NCBI GenBank assembly: GCA_963803435.1
Contig: CAWDML010000014.1
Location: 1 to 64,000 of the forward strand
Length of the DNA stretch: 64,000 nucleotides
Origin: an uncultured delta proteobacterium
GTDB taxonomy: Bacteria > Myxococcota > Kuafuiibacteriia > Kuafuiibacteriales > Kuafuiibacteriaceae
Direction: 5' to 3'
Shown: one piece after another, positions 9,274 through 17,453 of the stretch
How the letters are laid out: the number at the start of each line of letters is the position of its first letter
Numbering within the stretch: position 1 is the stretch's first letter
Position numbers and translations under genes: made by a program
Notes under the pieces: model-generated
What the model was told of the DNA's origin: nothing
Seen by the model: only the letters and a program-made list of their open reading frames with translations
The model's database searches: none

Positions 9274-11397
9274 TCAGGGGCCTGCGGGCGGCGCGAGCTG
9301 CGCCAGGAGCTGAGCGAGCAGCCCGGTGAGCTGGAGCGCGGCGAGCGCTGCCACCAGCAGGAGCGCGAGGATCACGAACACCTTGGTGGTGCGAGAGTCC
9401 CGGTACGGATCGGAGAATCGGCGCTCGGCGCCCTTCGGCAGCGCGGCGCGCTCGGTCAGCTTGGCGCCCAGCTTGCGGTTGAGGAGGATCCGCCCATTGA
9501 TCGCCCAGCCGCTCGCGTTGAGCACGGGCGCCAGATCGCGCTGGCGCAGCTTGAAGTACGCGATCGCGACCGAGGGCCCGGAGACGAGGAAGAAGACCCC
9601 GACGAGCCCGAGGAGCGTCTTCCAGAGCGGAAAGCCGGTGAGGTAGCCGAGCAGGCTCGCGACCGCCGTGCTGAGGAAGCCGAGCGCGATGCCGATCGCC
9701 GCCACCGAGGAGGCGACCGCTGCGCCTGCCGCGGGGGTGGGCGAAGGTTTGCCCGTCTCCTGTGCGGCGGTGATCTTCTGGGCGGCGCCGGCCTGCGCGG
9801 CCGCCTCGCGCGACTCCAGCAGCTTGTCGATCTGCTGCCCGATCATGGCGCCGGTCTTCCGCCACGGCGACCAGAACGCCTCGCGCAGGCTGACCGGCGC
9901 CTCCACCACCTTCGTGATGGTCGCGTCCCAGTCGTTGCCCTCGCGATCGTAGAAGATCCCGTTGCGCCCGACGAAGAGCGTCCGCCCCACGCCGCTGGTG
10001 AAGCCGGCGCAGATGGTCCGCTTCTGGTTCGTCGCCTTTCGCTCCAGCTCGCAGTAGGCGAGGTAGATCTTGCTGCCCGTCGCGAGCGCTGCGTGCTTCG
10101 CGACGTCGGCCACCGGGATGCAGAGCTGGGTGGCGCGCGCGTCCATCAGCAGGCGGCCTGCCTGGAAGGTCGCGAGCTTTTGGGGGTGATAGAAGTCGAT
10201 GAAGCTGACGAAGTTCTCCACCACGGTCCTGAGATCGCGCTGGAAGGTGATCAGCCGCTCGATCTCCTCGAGCGCGCGCTGCTCCTCCGCCTGCGCTCGA
10301 TCCGCCTCGATCAGCTGCTCGAGCGGTGCGCGGGCCTCGCCCGACGCGAGCGCCCGCGCGCGCTCGGCGGGGAGCTTGGCGGCCGCGACCTCCGGCTTGC
10401 CCCGGAGGTACGCATCGTAGGGGGCCAGCGCCTCCACGATCTTCGCCCAGTCTGCCGGCGCGAGCTCCGTGCGCGCGCCGAGCAGCGGAGAGATCACCTC
10501 GCGCTCGAGCTCGGCCATTCGGGCCCGCCAGGCCGGGTTGACGCGATCGAGCGGCAGCGCCGGCGACGCGCCGACCTGCGCGAGCGGGAGCCGCGCCACC
10601 GCGCTCTCTCCCTCGCCGAGGTCGGACTGCGCGATCGCGCCGAGCTCGGTTTCGTCGCGGTTGAGCGCGGCGATCGCGCGGGGGTCGAACTCGGCCAGGC
10701 GCGCGCGCGCGAACCAGTCCTCCACCTTCGATCGCACCGCAGTGAACGCGGCGTGCGCCACCTCGGTCCGGTCGAATGGGCGCGGCACCGCCGGCCCCTC
10801 CGCCTCCCAGCGCGCGAGCTCGGCGAGGCCGCCGAAGAAGGTCTCGAGCGTGGCCCGATCGACGCCCGACTTGCCGCTGCGATCCGGCACGCCCGGGAGG
10901 ACCGAGAGGAGGTCGTGGATCACCTCGGCGAGCGCCGGATCGGCGGCCGAGTCGGGGGTGACGACCCCGTCGCCGTTGAGCGGCTGCTCGGCGAGCACCG
11001 CGATCGAGCCGCGCACCTCGTCGAGCGTGATCGAGGTGCGCCCGAGGCGATCGAGCGCGAGCAGCAGCGCGGCGCCCTCGGCGGTGGTGGGATCGATCGA
11101 CATTCGCTCCAGGCGATCGCTCCCCTCCGCGATCGCGTCGGCGTCTCCGAGCCGCCGCCTGGTGAAGTCGATCGCGTCGAGGAGCTCCGAGGCGCGGATG
11201 CGCCCGTCGTGGTGGGCGTCGAGCAGCTCGAGCGTCCTCTTGTGGAGCGCGACGCCCTCGATCGGGCAGGCGAGGGCGACCCAGAGCTTCTGGTCCAGGG
11301 CGGCGAGCTCGACGATGTCGGCGCTGCCGCGAAACAGCGCCTGGTCGACGCCGCCGAGTCGGGTGAAGGCGAACGTGTGTCCTTGCTTGTGGGCCAT
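9274..11397 (-). CDS. Conserved hypothetical protein with an EF-hand-like loop and C-terminal transmembrane helices
   Basis: 707-aa clean ORF; LDQKLWVALACP, EF-hand-like DAHHDGRIRASE, VGRNGIFYDREGNDWDATITK and LNASGWAIN; hydrophobic C-terminus. Confidence 0.8.
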   Translation of the reverse strand: MAHKQGHTFAFTRLGGVDQALFRGSADIVELAALDQKLWVALACPIEGVALHKRTLELLDAHHDGRIRASELLDAIDFTRRRLGDADAIAEGSDRLERMSIDPTTAEGAALLLALDRLGRTSITLDEVRGSIAVLAEQPLNGDGVVTPDSAADPALAEVIHDLLSVLPGVPDRSGKSGVDRATLETFFGGLAELARWEAEGPAVPRPFDRTEVAHAAFTAVRSKVEDWFARARLAEFDPRAIAALNRDETELGAIAQSDLGEGESAVARLPLAQVGASPALPLDRVNPAWRARMAELEREVISPLLGARTELAPADWAKIVEALAPYDAYLRGKPEVAAAKLPAERARALASGEARAPLEQLIEADRAQAEEQRALEEIERLITFQRDLRTVVENFVSFIDFYHPQKLATFQAGRLLMDARATQLCIPVADVAKHAALATGSKIYLAYCELERKATNQKRTICAGFTSGVGRTLFVGRNGIFYDREGNDWDATITKVVEAPVSLREAFWSPWRKTGAMIGQQIDKLLESREAAAQAGAAQKITAAQETGKPSPTPAAGAAVASSVAAIGIALGFLSTAVASLLGYLTGFPLWKTLLGLVGVFFLVSGPSVAIAYFKLRQRDLAPVLNASGWAINGRILLNRKLGAKLTERAALPKGAERRFSDPYRDSRTTKVFVILALLLVAALAALQLTGLLAQLLAQLAPPAGP

Positions 11398-11418
11398 CGG
11401 TTTGTCCTGGGTGAGGGG

Positions 11419-12170
11419 TCAGATGTCGATCTGGGCGCCGATCTCCGGCACCTGCTCGGGCGGGAGCTGGAAGTAAGCGGTGGCGCGGAGCGCGGTCCGG
11501 GAGAGGAAGGCGAAGAGCTTCTCGCGCCAGATTGCCGTGCCGGGACGGTCGGTCGCCAGCACGGTCTCTCGGCCGAGGACGCAGGTGGCGTCCCCGAGCT
11601 CGAGCCTCTCGTCGGCGATGCGCTGCTTGAAGTCGTCGAGCGACATGACCCCCTCACGAATGCGGGGCCCGAGCAGCGGGCGGCCGCGGCGCCAGGTCGC
11701 CATCACCACGAAGATCCCGATACCGACGCCGAGCGGGAACCGGCCGCCCTCGGCGACCTTGACGATGTTGCCCGCCAAGTAGGAGAGGTCGACGGCGAAG
11801 AAGATCGCGGTGAGAAAGGCGACGAGCGCGAGCGACCAGCGGAAGAGCTGGCGCATGGCGACCGTGACCAAAACGTCTGTGATCACCATGGTGGTGGTGA
11901 CCGCGATGCCGTATGCGGCCGCCAGGTCGGTCGAGCGCTGGAAGCCGAGGACCAGGCCGATGGTCGCGCCCAGCAGCGTCCAGTTGATGAAGAGGACGTA
12001 GATCTGGCCGTACCGGCGGGTCGACGTGTGCTCGACTCCATGTGGCCTTGGAAGCACTCGCGGAGCGCATAGAGCGGGCTGGTACCGATGTCACCGTAGA
12101 CGACGCCGGGGGCACCGAGAGCGAGCGGGAGGAGGGGTCGGTGTCCGTGCCCGTTGTCGTCGGTCGTCAT
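11419..12170 (-). pseudogene. kup: Kup/HAK potassium transporter remnant with large internal deletions
   Basis: N-terminal [19 protein letters not shown] is joined out of frame to [30 protein letters not shown], then to C-terminal LGRETV..WREKLFAFLSR..AYFQLP. This is ~250 codons versus ~630 aa for intact Kup. Confidence 0.85.
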
Positions 12171-12535
12171 TTGCCGAGGCGAAGCTTTATCACATTCACC
12201 ATCGCCTCGCGCATGAGGGCGGGGCTCATTTCGACTCCCCGCAGAACCGATCGGGAAACACGATCGGCGACTGCACGACCTTGAACCCAGCGAAGCCTTC
12301 CGCTGGGCAGGATCCGAGGTACCTCGCCGGCCGTTGCTCCAACATCGCCTCGATCCCGCGGACCGTCTCCTTCCGCGGGCACTTCATCGATCACGAGGAG
12401 GCCCCGGTGGCGAACCGTGTGCGTCACCTTGCGCGCTTGTCCCCGAGCGCTTGACGCCGAGGCCGCGGTCACTTCACGTTGGGCTCAGCCGATGCGGATC
12501 CGCGCCTTCATCTTTACCGGCCCCAAGATCCGCTC

Positions 12536-12630
12536 CCGGTAGGCGCTCCTCCCCAGTCCGAAAGCCGAGCGACCCTCCCGGGAGGGATCGGGGCGCTCGA
12601 GCAAGAACCAGCGCTTTCGGCGACGGAGGA
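12536..12630 (+). ncRNA. Riboswitch-like structured 5' leader (possibly sul1-motif class) that sequesters the Shine-Dalgarno sequence
   Basis: Nested helices 12547-52/12625-30 (tcctcc/ggagga, the SD), 12558-65/12613-20, 12566-71/12594-99 and 12573-77/12582-86. Confidence 0.6.
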
Positions 12631-12634
12631 CCCC

Positions 12635-13774
12635 GTGAACCGACTTCTCGACCCCCGACAGCTCTGCCGGGCGCTCGCCCTCCCGGATCTCACCGAGGCC
12701 GCCCACGGGCCGCATGCGATGCAGCTTCTGCTCCGCGAGATCATCGACGGCCTCGGCGGGCTGGTGATCGTCCATCGCGCGCCCCCGATCGTGTCGCTCG
12801 AGGACAACTACGATCGGCTCCACTACCCTCCCGCCGGGGCTGCCCGCGACGCGCGCTACACGCGCTACGTGACGAGCGATCGGATCCTGCGCACACAGAC
12901 CTCCGCGATGATCCCCGAGCTCCTCGGCCGACTGGCGTGCTGCCCGCTCGACGAGGTGCTCCTCGCGTGCCCGGGGCTGGTCTATCGGCGCGACGCGATC
13001 GATCGACTCCACGTCGGTGAGCCACACCAGGTCGACCTCTGGCGGATCGCGCGACGCCCGCTGGACGCCTCGGACCTCGACGTGATGATCGACCGCGCCG
13101 TGCGCGCGGCCGTGCCAGGGCGGACGCATCGAACCATCCCGGCCGAGCATCCCTACACCGAGCAAGGTCGGCAGATCGAGATCCGCTCCGGCGATCGGTG
13201 GATCGAGATCGGAGAGTGCGGCCTCGCTTCGCCGCGGATCCTCGCGGACGCCGGCCTCGATCGCGAGGTGACCGGGCTGGCGATGGGGCTCGGTCTCGAC
13301 CGGCTTCTCATGCTCAGGAAAGGCATCGAGGACATCCGCCTGCTTCGCTCCGACGATCCGCGCGTGCGAGCGCAGATGACCGACCTCGCGCCCTATCGCC
13401 CGGTCTCGAAGCAGCCGGCGATCCGGCGCGACCTCTCGCTCGCGGTGGACCTCGATCGCACCGAGGAGGAGCTCGGCGATCGGGTGCGCGAGGCGCTCGG
13501 CGACGACGCCGCCCTGGTGGAGGCGATCGAGCTGGTGTCCGAGACGAGGGAGCTCCCGGAGGCGGCGCGTGCCCGCTTGGGCATGCTGCCGGGCCAGAAG
13601 AACGCGCTCCTCCGGGTCGTGCTGCGACATCTCGGCCGCGCGCTCTCGGACGACGAAGCCAACGTGCTCCGCGATCGGATCTACGCCGCGGTCCACGAGG
13701 GCACGGTCTGGACCTGGGCGGTCAGTCCGCCGCCAGGACCCACCTCGACTCGCCGGCGAGGTCGATCGTGTTGA
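12635..13774 (+). CDS. srmL: PheS-related monomeric ligase (class II aaRS core plus FDX-ACB domain), SrmL-like
   Basis: LRTQTSAM, GLVYRRDAIDRLH, HPYT..G, WIEIGECG, motif 3 GLAMGLGLDRLLMLRKGIEDIRLL and FDX-ACB start PAIRRDLSLAV. The SD GGAGGA lies 4 nt before the GTG at 12635. Confidence 0.8.
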   Translation: MNRLLDPRQLCRALALPDLTEAAHGPHAMQLLLREIIDGLGGLVIVHRAPPIVSLEDNYDRLHYPPAGAARDARYTRYVTSDRILRTQTSAMIPELLGRLACCPLDEVLLACPGLVYRRDAIDRLHVGEPHQVDLWRIARRPLDASDLDVMIDRAVRAAVPGRTHRTIPAEHPYTEQGRQIEIRSGDRWIEIGECGLASPRILADAGLDREVTGLAMGLGLDRLLMLRKGIEDIRLLRSDDPRVRAQMTDLAPYRPVSKQPAIRRDLSLAVDLDRTEEELGDRVREALGDDAALVEAIELVSETRELPEAARARLGMLPGQKNALLRVVLRHLGRALSDDEANVLRDRIYAAVHEGTVWTWAVSPPPGPTSTRRRGRSC

Positions 13775-14123
13775 CCAGCGGTGTGCCGGGCTCGCCCATC
13801 CGCCGCCCTCCCCTCCGGAGGCGAAGTGCACCCACGGCGCTGGTCCTCGCGCACCTGGCTGGCGATCGCGTCGAACGCGGCCGAGAGCGCGCCGTGATCG
13901 ACGGCGAACCAGCGGGCCGATCGGTGGAGATCGCGACCCCCTGCTTCGCCCCGACCGCGACGTAGCCCAGATCGCTTGGCGCGCCGGCCGGTTGATCGCG
14001 CAGCCACATCGGCGGGCCGAGCTCAGCCGCCGCGCGATCCCCGATCCGCATCGCGAGCCTCCGCGCCGTCTCGAAGGACATGCGAGCCGGAGGATGCGGC
14101 ACGCGGTATAGTTCGACCAACGC

Positions 14124-14699
14124 ATGAGGCTGGTCGCGTGGCTGCTGCTCGGCATCACCGGTGTCGCCGCGCTGCTCTTCCTCTGGCCCGGGCCGGCGAA
14201 GTCGCCCTGGCTGGTCCTCGCCTGCGCGCTCGCCGCCGTGGGGACGGTGGTCGCGTTCGTGATCGCCGGCTACCTCGGACCGCTGAGGCCGAGACCGTGG
14301 CTCTACCTCCTCCTCCCCGCCGCGAGCATGGGCGGGCAGTCGATGTTCCTGTTCCTCATCATCGGCGCCATCGCCGCCCAGCACGTCCGCTCGGGGCGCA
14401 TCCAGTTCAACGTGAGCTGGCCGGTGCTGATCGTCGCGAGCGTGCTCGCGTACCTGGCGCTGGCGCTGCTCACCCGCCGACTCCGCGAGCGCTGGCACCC
14501 GTACCCGGAGATCGTCGCGCCGCTGGTGCAGCTGTGGATGGCGGTGAACCTGCTCGCGGTCGAGATCGGCTTCGGCTACCTGCGCAGCGGCGAGGTCCGC
14601 CTGCTCGGCTTCGTGCCGAACGCGCTGCCGCATCTGATCATGGGGAGCCTCGGCTTCTGGCTGTTCGCGCAGATGGCCGGACGCGCCGATCGCGAGTAG
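14124..14699 (+). CDS. Hypothetical integral membrane protein (~6 TM)
   Basis: 191-aa hydrophobic ORF with host-like codon usage. Confidence 0.7.
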   Translation: MRLVAWLLLGITGVAALLFLWPGPAKSPWLVLACALAAVGTVVAFVIAGYLGPLRPRPWLYLLLPAASMGGQSMFLFLIIGAIAAQHVRSGRIQFNVSWPVLIVASVLAYLALALLTRRLRERWHPYPEIVAPLVQLWMAVNLLAVEIGFGYLRSGEVRLLGFVPNALPHLIMGSLGFWLFAQMAGRADRE

Positions 14700-14704
14700 C
14701 GGCG

Positions 14705-15547
14705 TCAGAAGAACAGCCCGAGCTGGGCGGTGAAGCCGAAGCCGAGGTCGAGATCCTCGATCGTCTCGAGCGGGTAGGCCCAGGAGACGGTGGCGAAGAA
14801 CGGGGCGACGCGGACCTCCGCGCCCACCGAAACCGGGATCAACAGGAAGCCGGAGAGGGTGGAGGAGGCGAGGTTGTTCGCGTTCGGATCGAAGCCGATG
14901 TTGCGAACGCCCCGCTGTCCACCGATCGACCCGAAGAGCGAGACCCAGTCGTTGAAGTCGTAGTCGAGCTGGAGCGTGATCGACGGGAGGAAGAAGACCT
15001 TGCTCTCGGTGCGTGAGAGCGCGTAGTGGGGCTCGATCGTGGATCCGTCGCAGTTCGTGCAGACGTACACCGCCTGCGAGATCCCGGCGAGCTCGAGCTC
15101 GGTGATCACGGAGAGCGTGAGCCCGCTCTTGCCCAGCGGGATGTTCGCCCGGACGCCGGGGCCGCCCTGCAGCACGCCGACACCTTGGTCGCCCGGGATC
15201 TCGAGGACCCCGGCCGCGGTCGGCCTCGACCACGCGAGGCTCGCGTAGCGCAGCTGAGCGCCGAGCTCCAGGTATCGGATCGGCGCGCCGTAGAAGCTGG
15301 CGCCGAGCTGGACCTCCGGGACGTACAGCCCGGGCGCGCCGCGACGGGGAGAGTCGAGCTCGCTGGTGCCTCCGAGGCGCCACAACGGGTTGCCTTCGGC
15401 GCCGAATCGAACCTGGCGCGCGTGGAGCGGACTGCCCAGCCTCGACGGGAGCGACGCCGCAGGCACGAGCGCGCTCCTCCGGATCGGCGTCGCGGGCGCG
15501 CAGGCGAGCGCGCCGAAGAGGAGGAGGAGGACCAGGAGCCGCCGCAT
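14705..15547 (-). CDS. Putative outer-membrane beta-barrel-like lipoprotein
   Basis: Lipobox-like signal MRRLLVLLLLFGALAC, alternating beta-strand pattern and terminal GFTAQLGLFF. Confidence 0.65.
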   Translation of the reverse strand: MRRLLVLLLLFGALACAPATPIRRSALVPAASLPSRLGSPLHARQVRFGAEGNPLWRLGGTSELDSPRRGAPGLYVPEVQLGASFYGAPIRYLELGAQLRYASLAWSRPTAAGVLEIPGDQGVGVLQGGPGVRANIPLGKSGLTLSVITELELAGISQAVYVCTNCDGSTIEPHYALSRTESKVFFLPSITLQLDYDFNDWVSLFGSIGGQRGVRNIGFDPNANNLASSTLSGFLLIPVSVGAEVRVAPFFATVSWAYPLETIEDLDLGFGFTAQLGLFF

Positions 15548-15880
15548 GGCCCTCCGCTGAGCAACGACCGTACCGACCCGGCGGACTGAATCGGCTGCAA
15601 GCTGTGTTGCAAGATGACCACGCAACCGCGACTCCGGGATCCGGGTGCCGGTCCAGCGCCTCGATCACCGGCGAGCCATCAGGCAAGCTGACCCCCTATA
15701 GCCCCGGCGAGGATTCAGGTTTCAGAGACGAGTTTCAGGCGATTGGCTTGCGATCGCTCATCGGAGGCGGAGGTCCACAGCTCGACGACCCGAACTTCAC
15801 CTCCGACCCCGGCCACGGTAGAGACTGACCGACCCTCGACGCTCACCGGCGGCGCCACCAGGACTTGATCCCATGGTTTC

Positions 15881-17253
15881 GTGGCGAAGCAATACCGTTC
15901 TTGGACTCCGAGACGATCGTTCTTGCTCCCGCCGTCCCCTCTCGAGTGGCTCCCAGAAAATCATCTCGCGTACTTCGTCTTGGACGTCGTCGATGGGGTA
16001 GAGCTGAGCGCGATCGAGATCTCGATCCAGTCCAAGGACCCGCGAGGCGAGCGACCGTACTCGCCTCGAATGATGATCGCGCTGCTTCTGTACGCCTACT
16101 GCACCGGCATCTATTCGTCGCGGAGGATCGCGCGGGCGACCTACGAAGACATTCCATTCCGGGTGCTGGCTGGAGAAAGTCATCCCCACTTCACGACGAT
16201 CAACGAGTTTCGGCTCGTCCACCTGGAGGCACTGAAAGCGCTCTTCCTCGAAGTCCTGAAGCTTTGCCAGAAAGCAGGTTTGGTGCGCTCGGACACGTCG
16301 CACTCGATGGCTCGAAGGTGCAGGCGAACGCGAGCAAGCACAAGGCGATGACCTACGAGCGGACGGCCGAGGAGGAGAAGCGGCTGTCTCTCGAGATCGA
16401 AGAACTGCTGGAGCGAGCGCGCACGATCGACCAAGAGGAAGACGAGCGGCTGGGCGTTGAAGAGACTGAAGAGGACATCCCAGCGGAGCTCGCTCGCCGT
16501 GAATCCCGCCTTGCCCGCATTCGAGAAGCGAAGGCTGCGCTGGAACAGGATGCCGCCAGGGCTCGCGCGGAGAAATTGCGCAGGCAAGCCGAAGAGCAGC
16601 AGAGCAAAGCGGATGATGCTCTTGTGGATCGGGTGGAGCAGAAGCGAGCGAGAACTCGAGCCGAGAAGGCAAGAGCGCAGGCTGACCAGCTCGAACCAGG
16701 ATCATGTTGAAGGATGGAGCGTACCTCCAGGCCTACAATGCCCAAGTTGTCGTAGATGAGCACGCTCAGGTGATTGTCGCCGAAGGGGTCAGCAACCAGG
16801 CACCTGATCAGCAACACCTCAGCCCGATGCTCCGTGATGTGTTCGGCAACTGCGGCGATGCTCCGCGGAAGATGACGGCAGACAACGGCTATCTGAGCGC
16901 GACCAACATCGAATTCTGCGACAACAATCAGATCGATGCCCACATCGCTGTTGGACCCGAACAGAACCAAGACGCGGTCGACTCCGTCCTCATCAGCTTC
17001 GGAGCCCACACCTGCCTCGCTCGCTCGCAAGCGAATGCGAGACAAGTTGCAAACGCGCGACGGCAAGGCGGTCTACCCCCGCAGGAAGAGTATCGTCGAA
17101 CCGGCGCTCGGACAGATCAAAGGGGCACGAGGATTCCGCCGGTTCTCGCTACGCTCCTTCTTCAAGGTACGAGCCGAGTGGACGCTCGTCTGCCTCACCC
17201 ACAACCTGCTCAAGCTCTACCGATCGAAGCTCGCGACCGTCGCGAGCGTCTGA
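15881..17253 (+). pseudogene. IS1182-family transposase, split over four ORFs
   Basis: DUF772-type FLLPPS..WLPENHLAYFV...SSRRIARA, ALDGSKVQANAS, YLQAYNAQ, ADNGYLS and RRKSIVEPALGQIK..GFRRF..W...LTHNLLK. Confidence 0.9.
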
Positions 17254-17272
17254 CTCAAGGCAGCCATCTTCA

Positions 17273-17332
17273 GATCGGGACCCGGACCGGGATCGGGACC
17301 CGGACCGGGACCGGGACCGGGACCCGGACCGG
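17273..17332 (+). repeat. Hexamer tandem repeat GAYCSG x10
   Basis: gatcgg gacccg gaccgg gatcgg gacccg gaccgg gaccgg gaccgg gacccg gaccgg. Confidence 0.85.
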
Positions 17333-17453
17333 GGTCGCGTGAGCGCTTACGCGCTACACGCTCCTAGCGCGGGGACGGGCTGGGGCGACCAACATGGAGG
17401 CATCCGGCCTGGATCAAAGCGCAGTTAAAGTTGCTCAACGGGACGGTCGCACG

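Larger units (their letters stand above)
15860..17367 (+). mobile_element. Decayed IS1182-family element; probable right end at ...acacgctcctag, left end not identified
   Basis: Transposase remnant, lower GC than flanks and a terminal CTCCTAG motif at 17361-17367. Confidence 0.55.

Noticed and set aside
9133-12072. 979-aa plus-strand ORF, and similar long antisense ORFs (17394..20078, 24423..27197, 44440..47415, 47870..50695, 51212..54202)
   Set aside because: These are Arg/Gly-rich shadow ORFs opposite real genes, expected in high-GC DNA, with no motifs.
12167-12472. ORF upstream of the kup remnant
   Set aside because: No recognisable motifs; probably promoter/intergenic or decayed sequence.
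13722-14081. Possible degenerate minus-strand gene fragment between the ligase and the membrane protein
   Set aside because: Only short protein-like pieces occur in different frames, with no recognisable family.
15601-15613. gctgtgttgcaag resembling an IS6-type terminal repeat
   Set aside because: No partner inverted repeat or matching transposase was found, and it is too short to support.
17273-17332. Possible CRISPR array
   Set aside because: It is a simple hexamer repeat without spacers, and no cas genes or repeat-spacer arrays were seen in the window.
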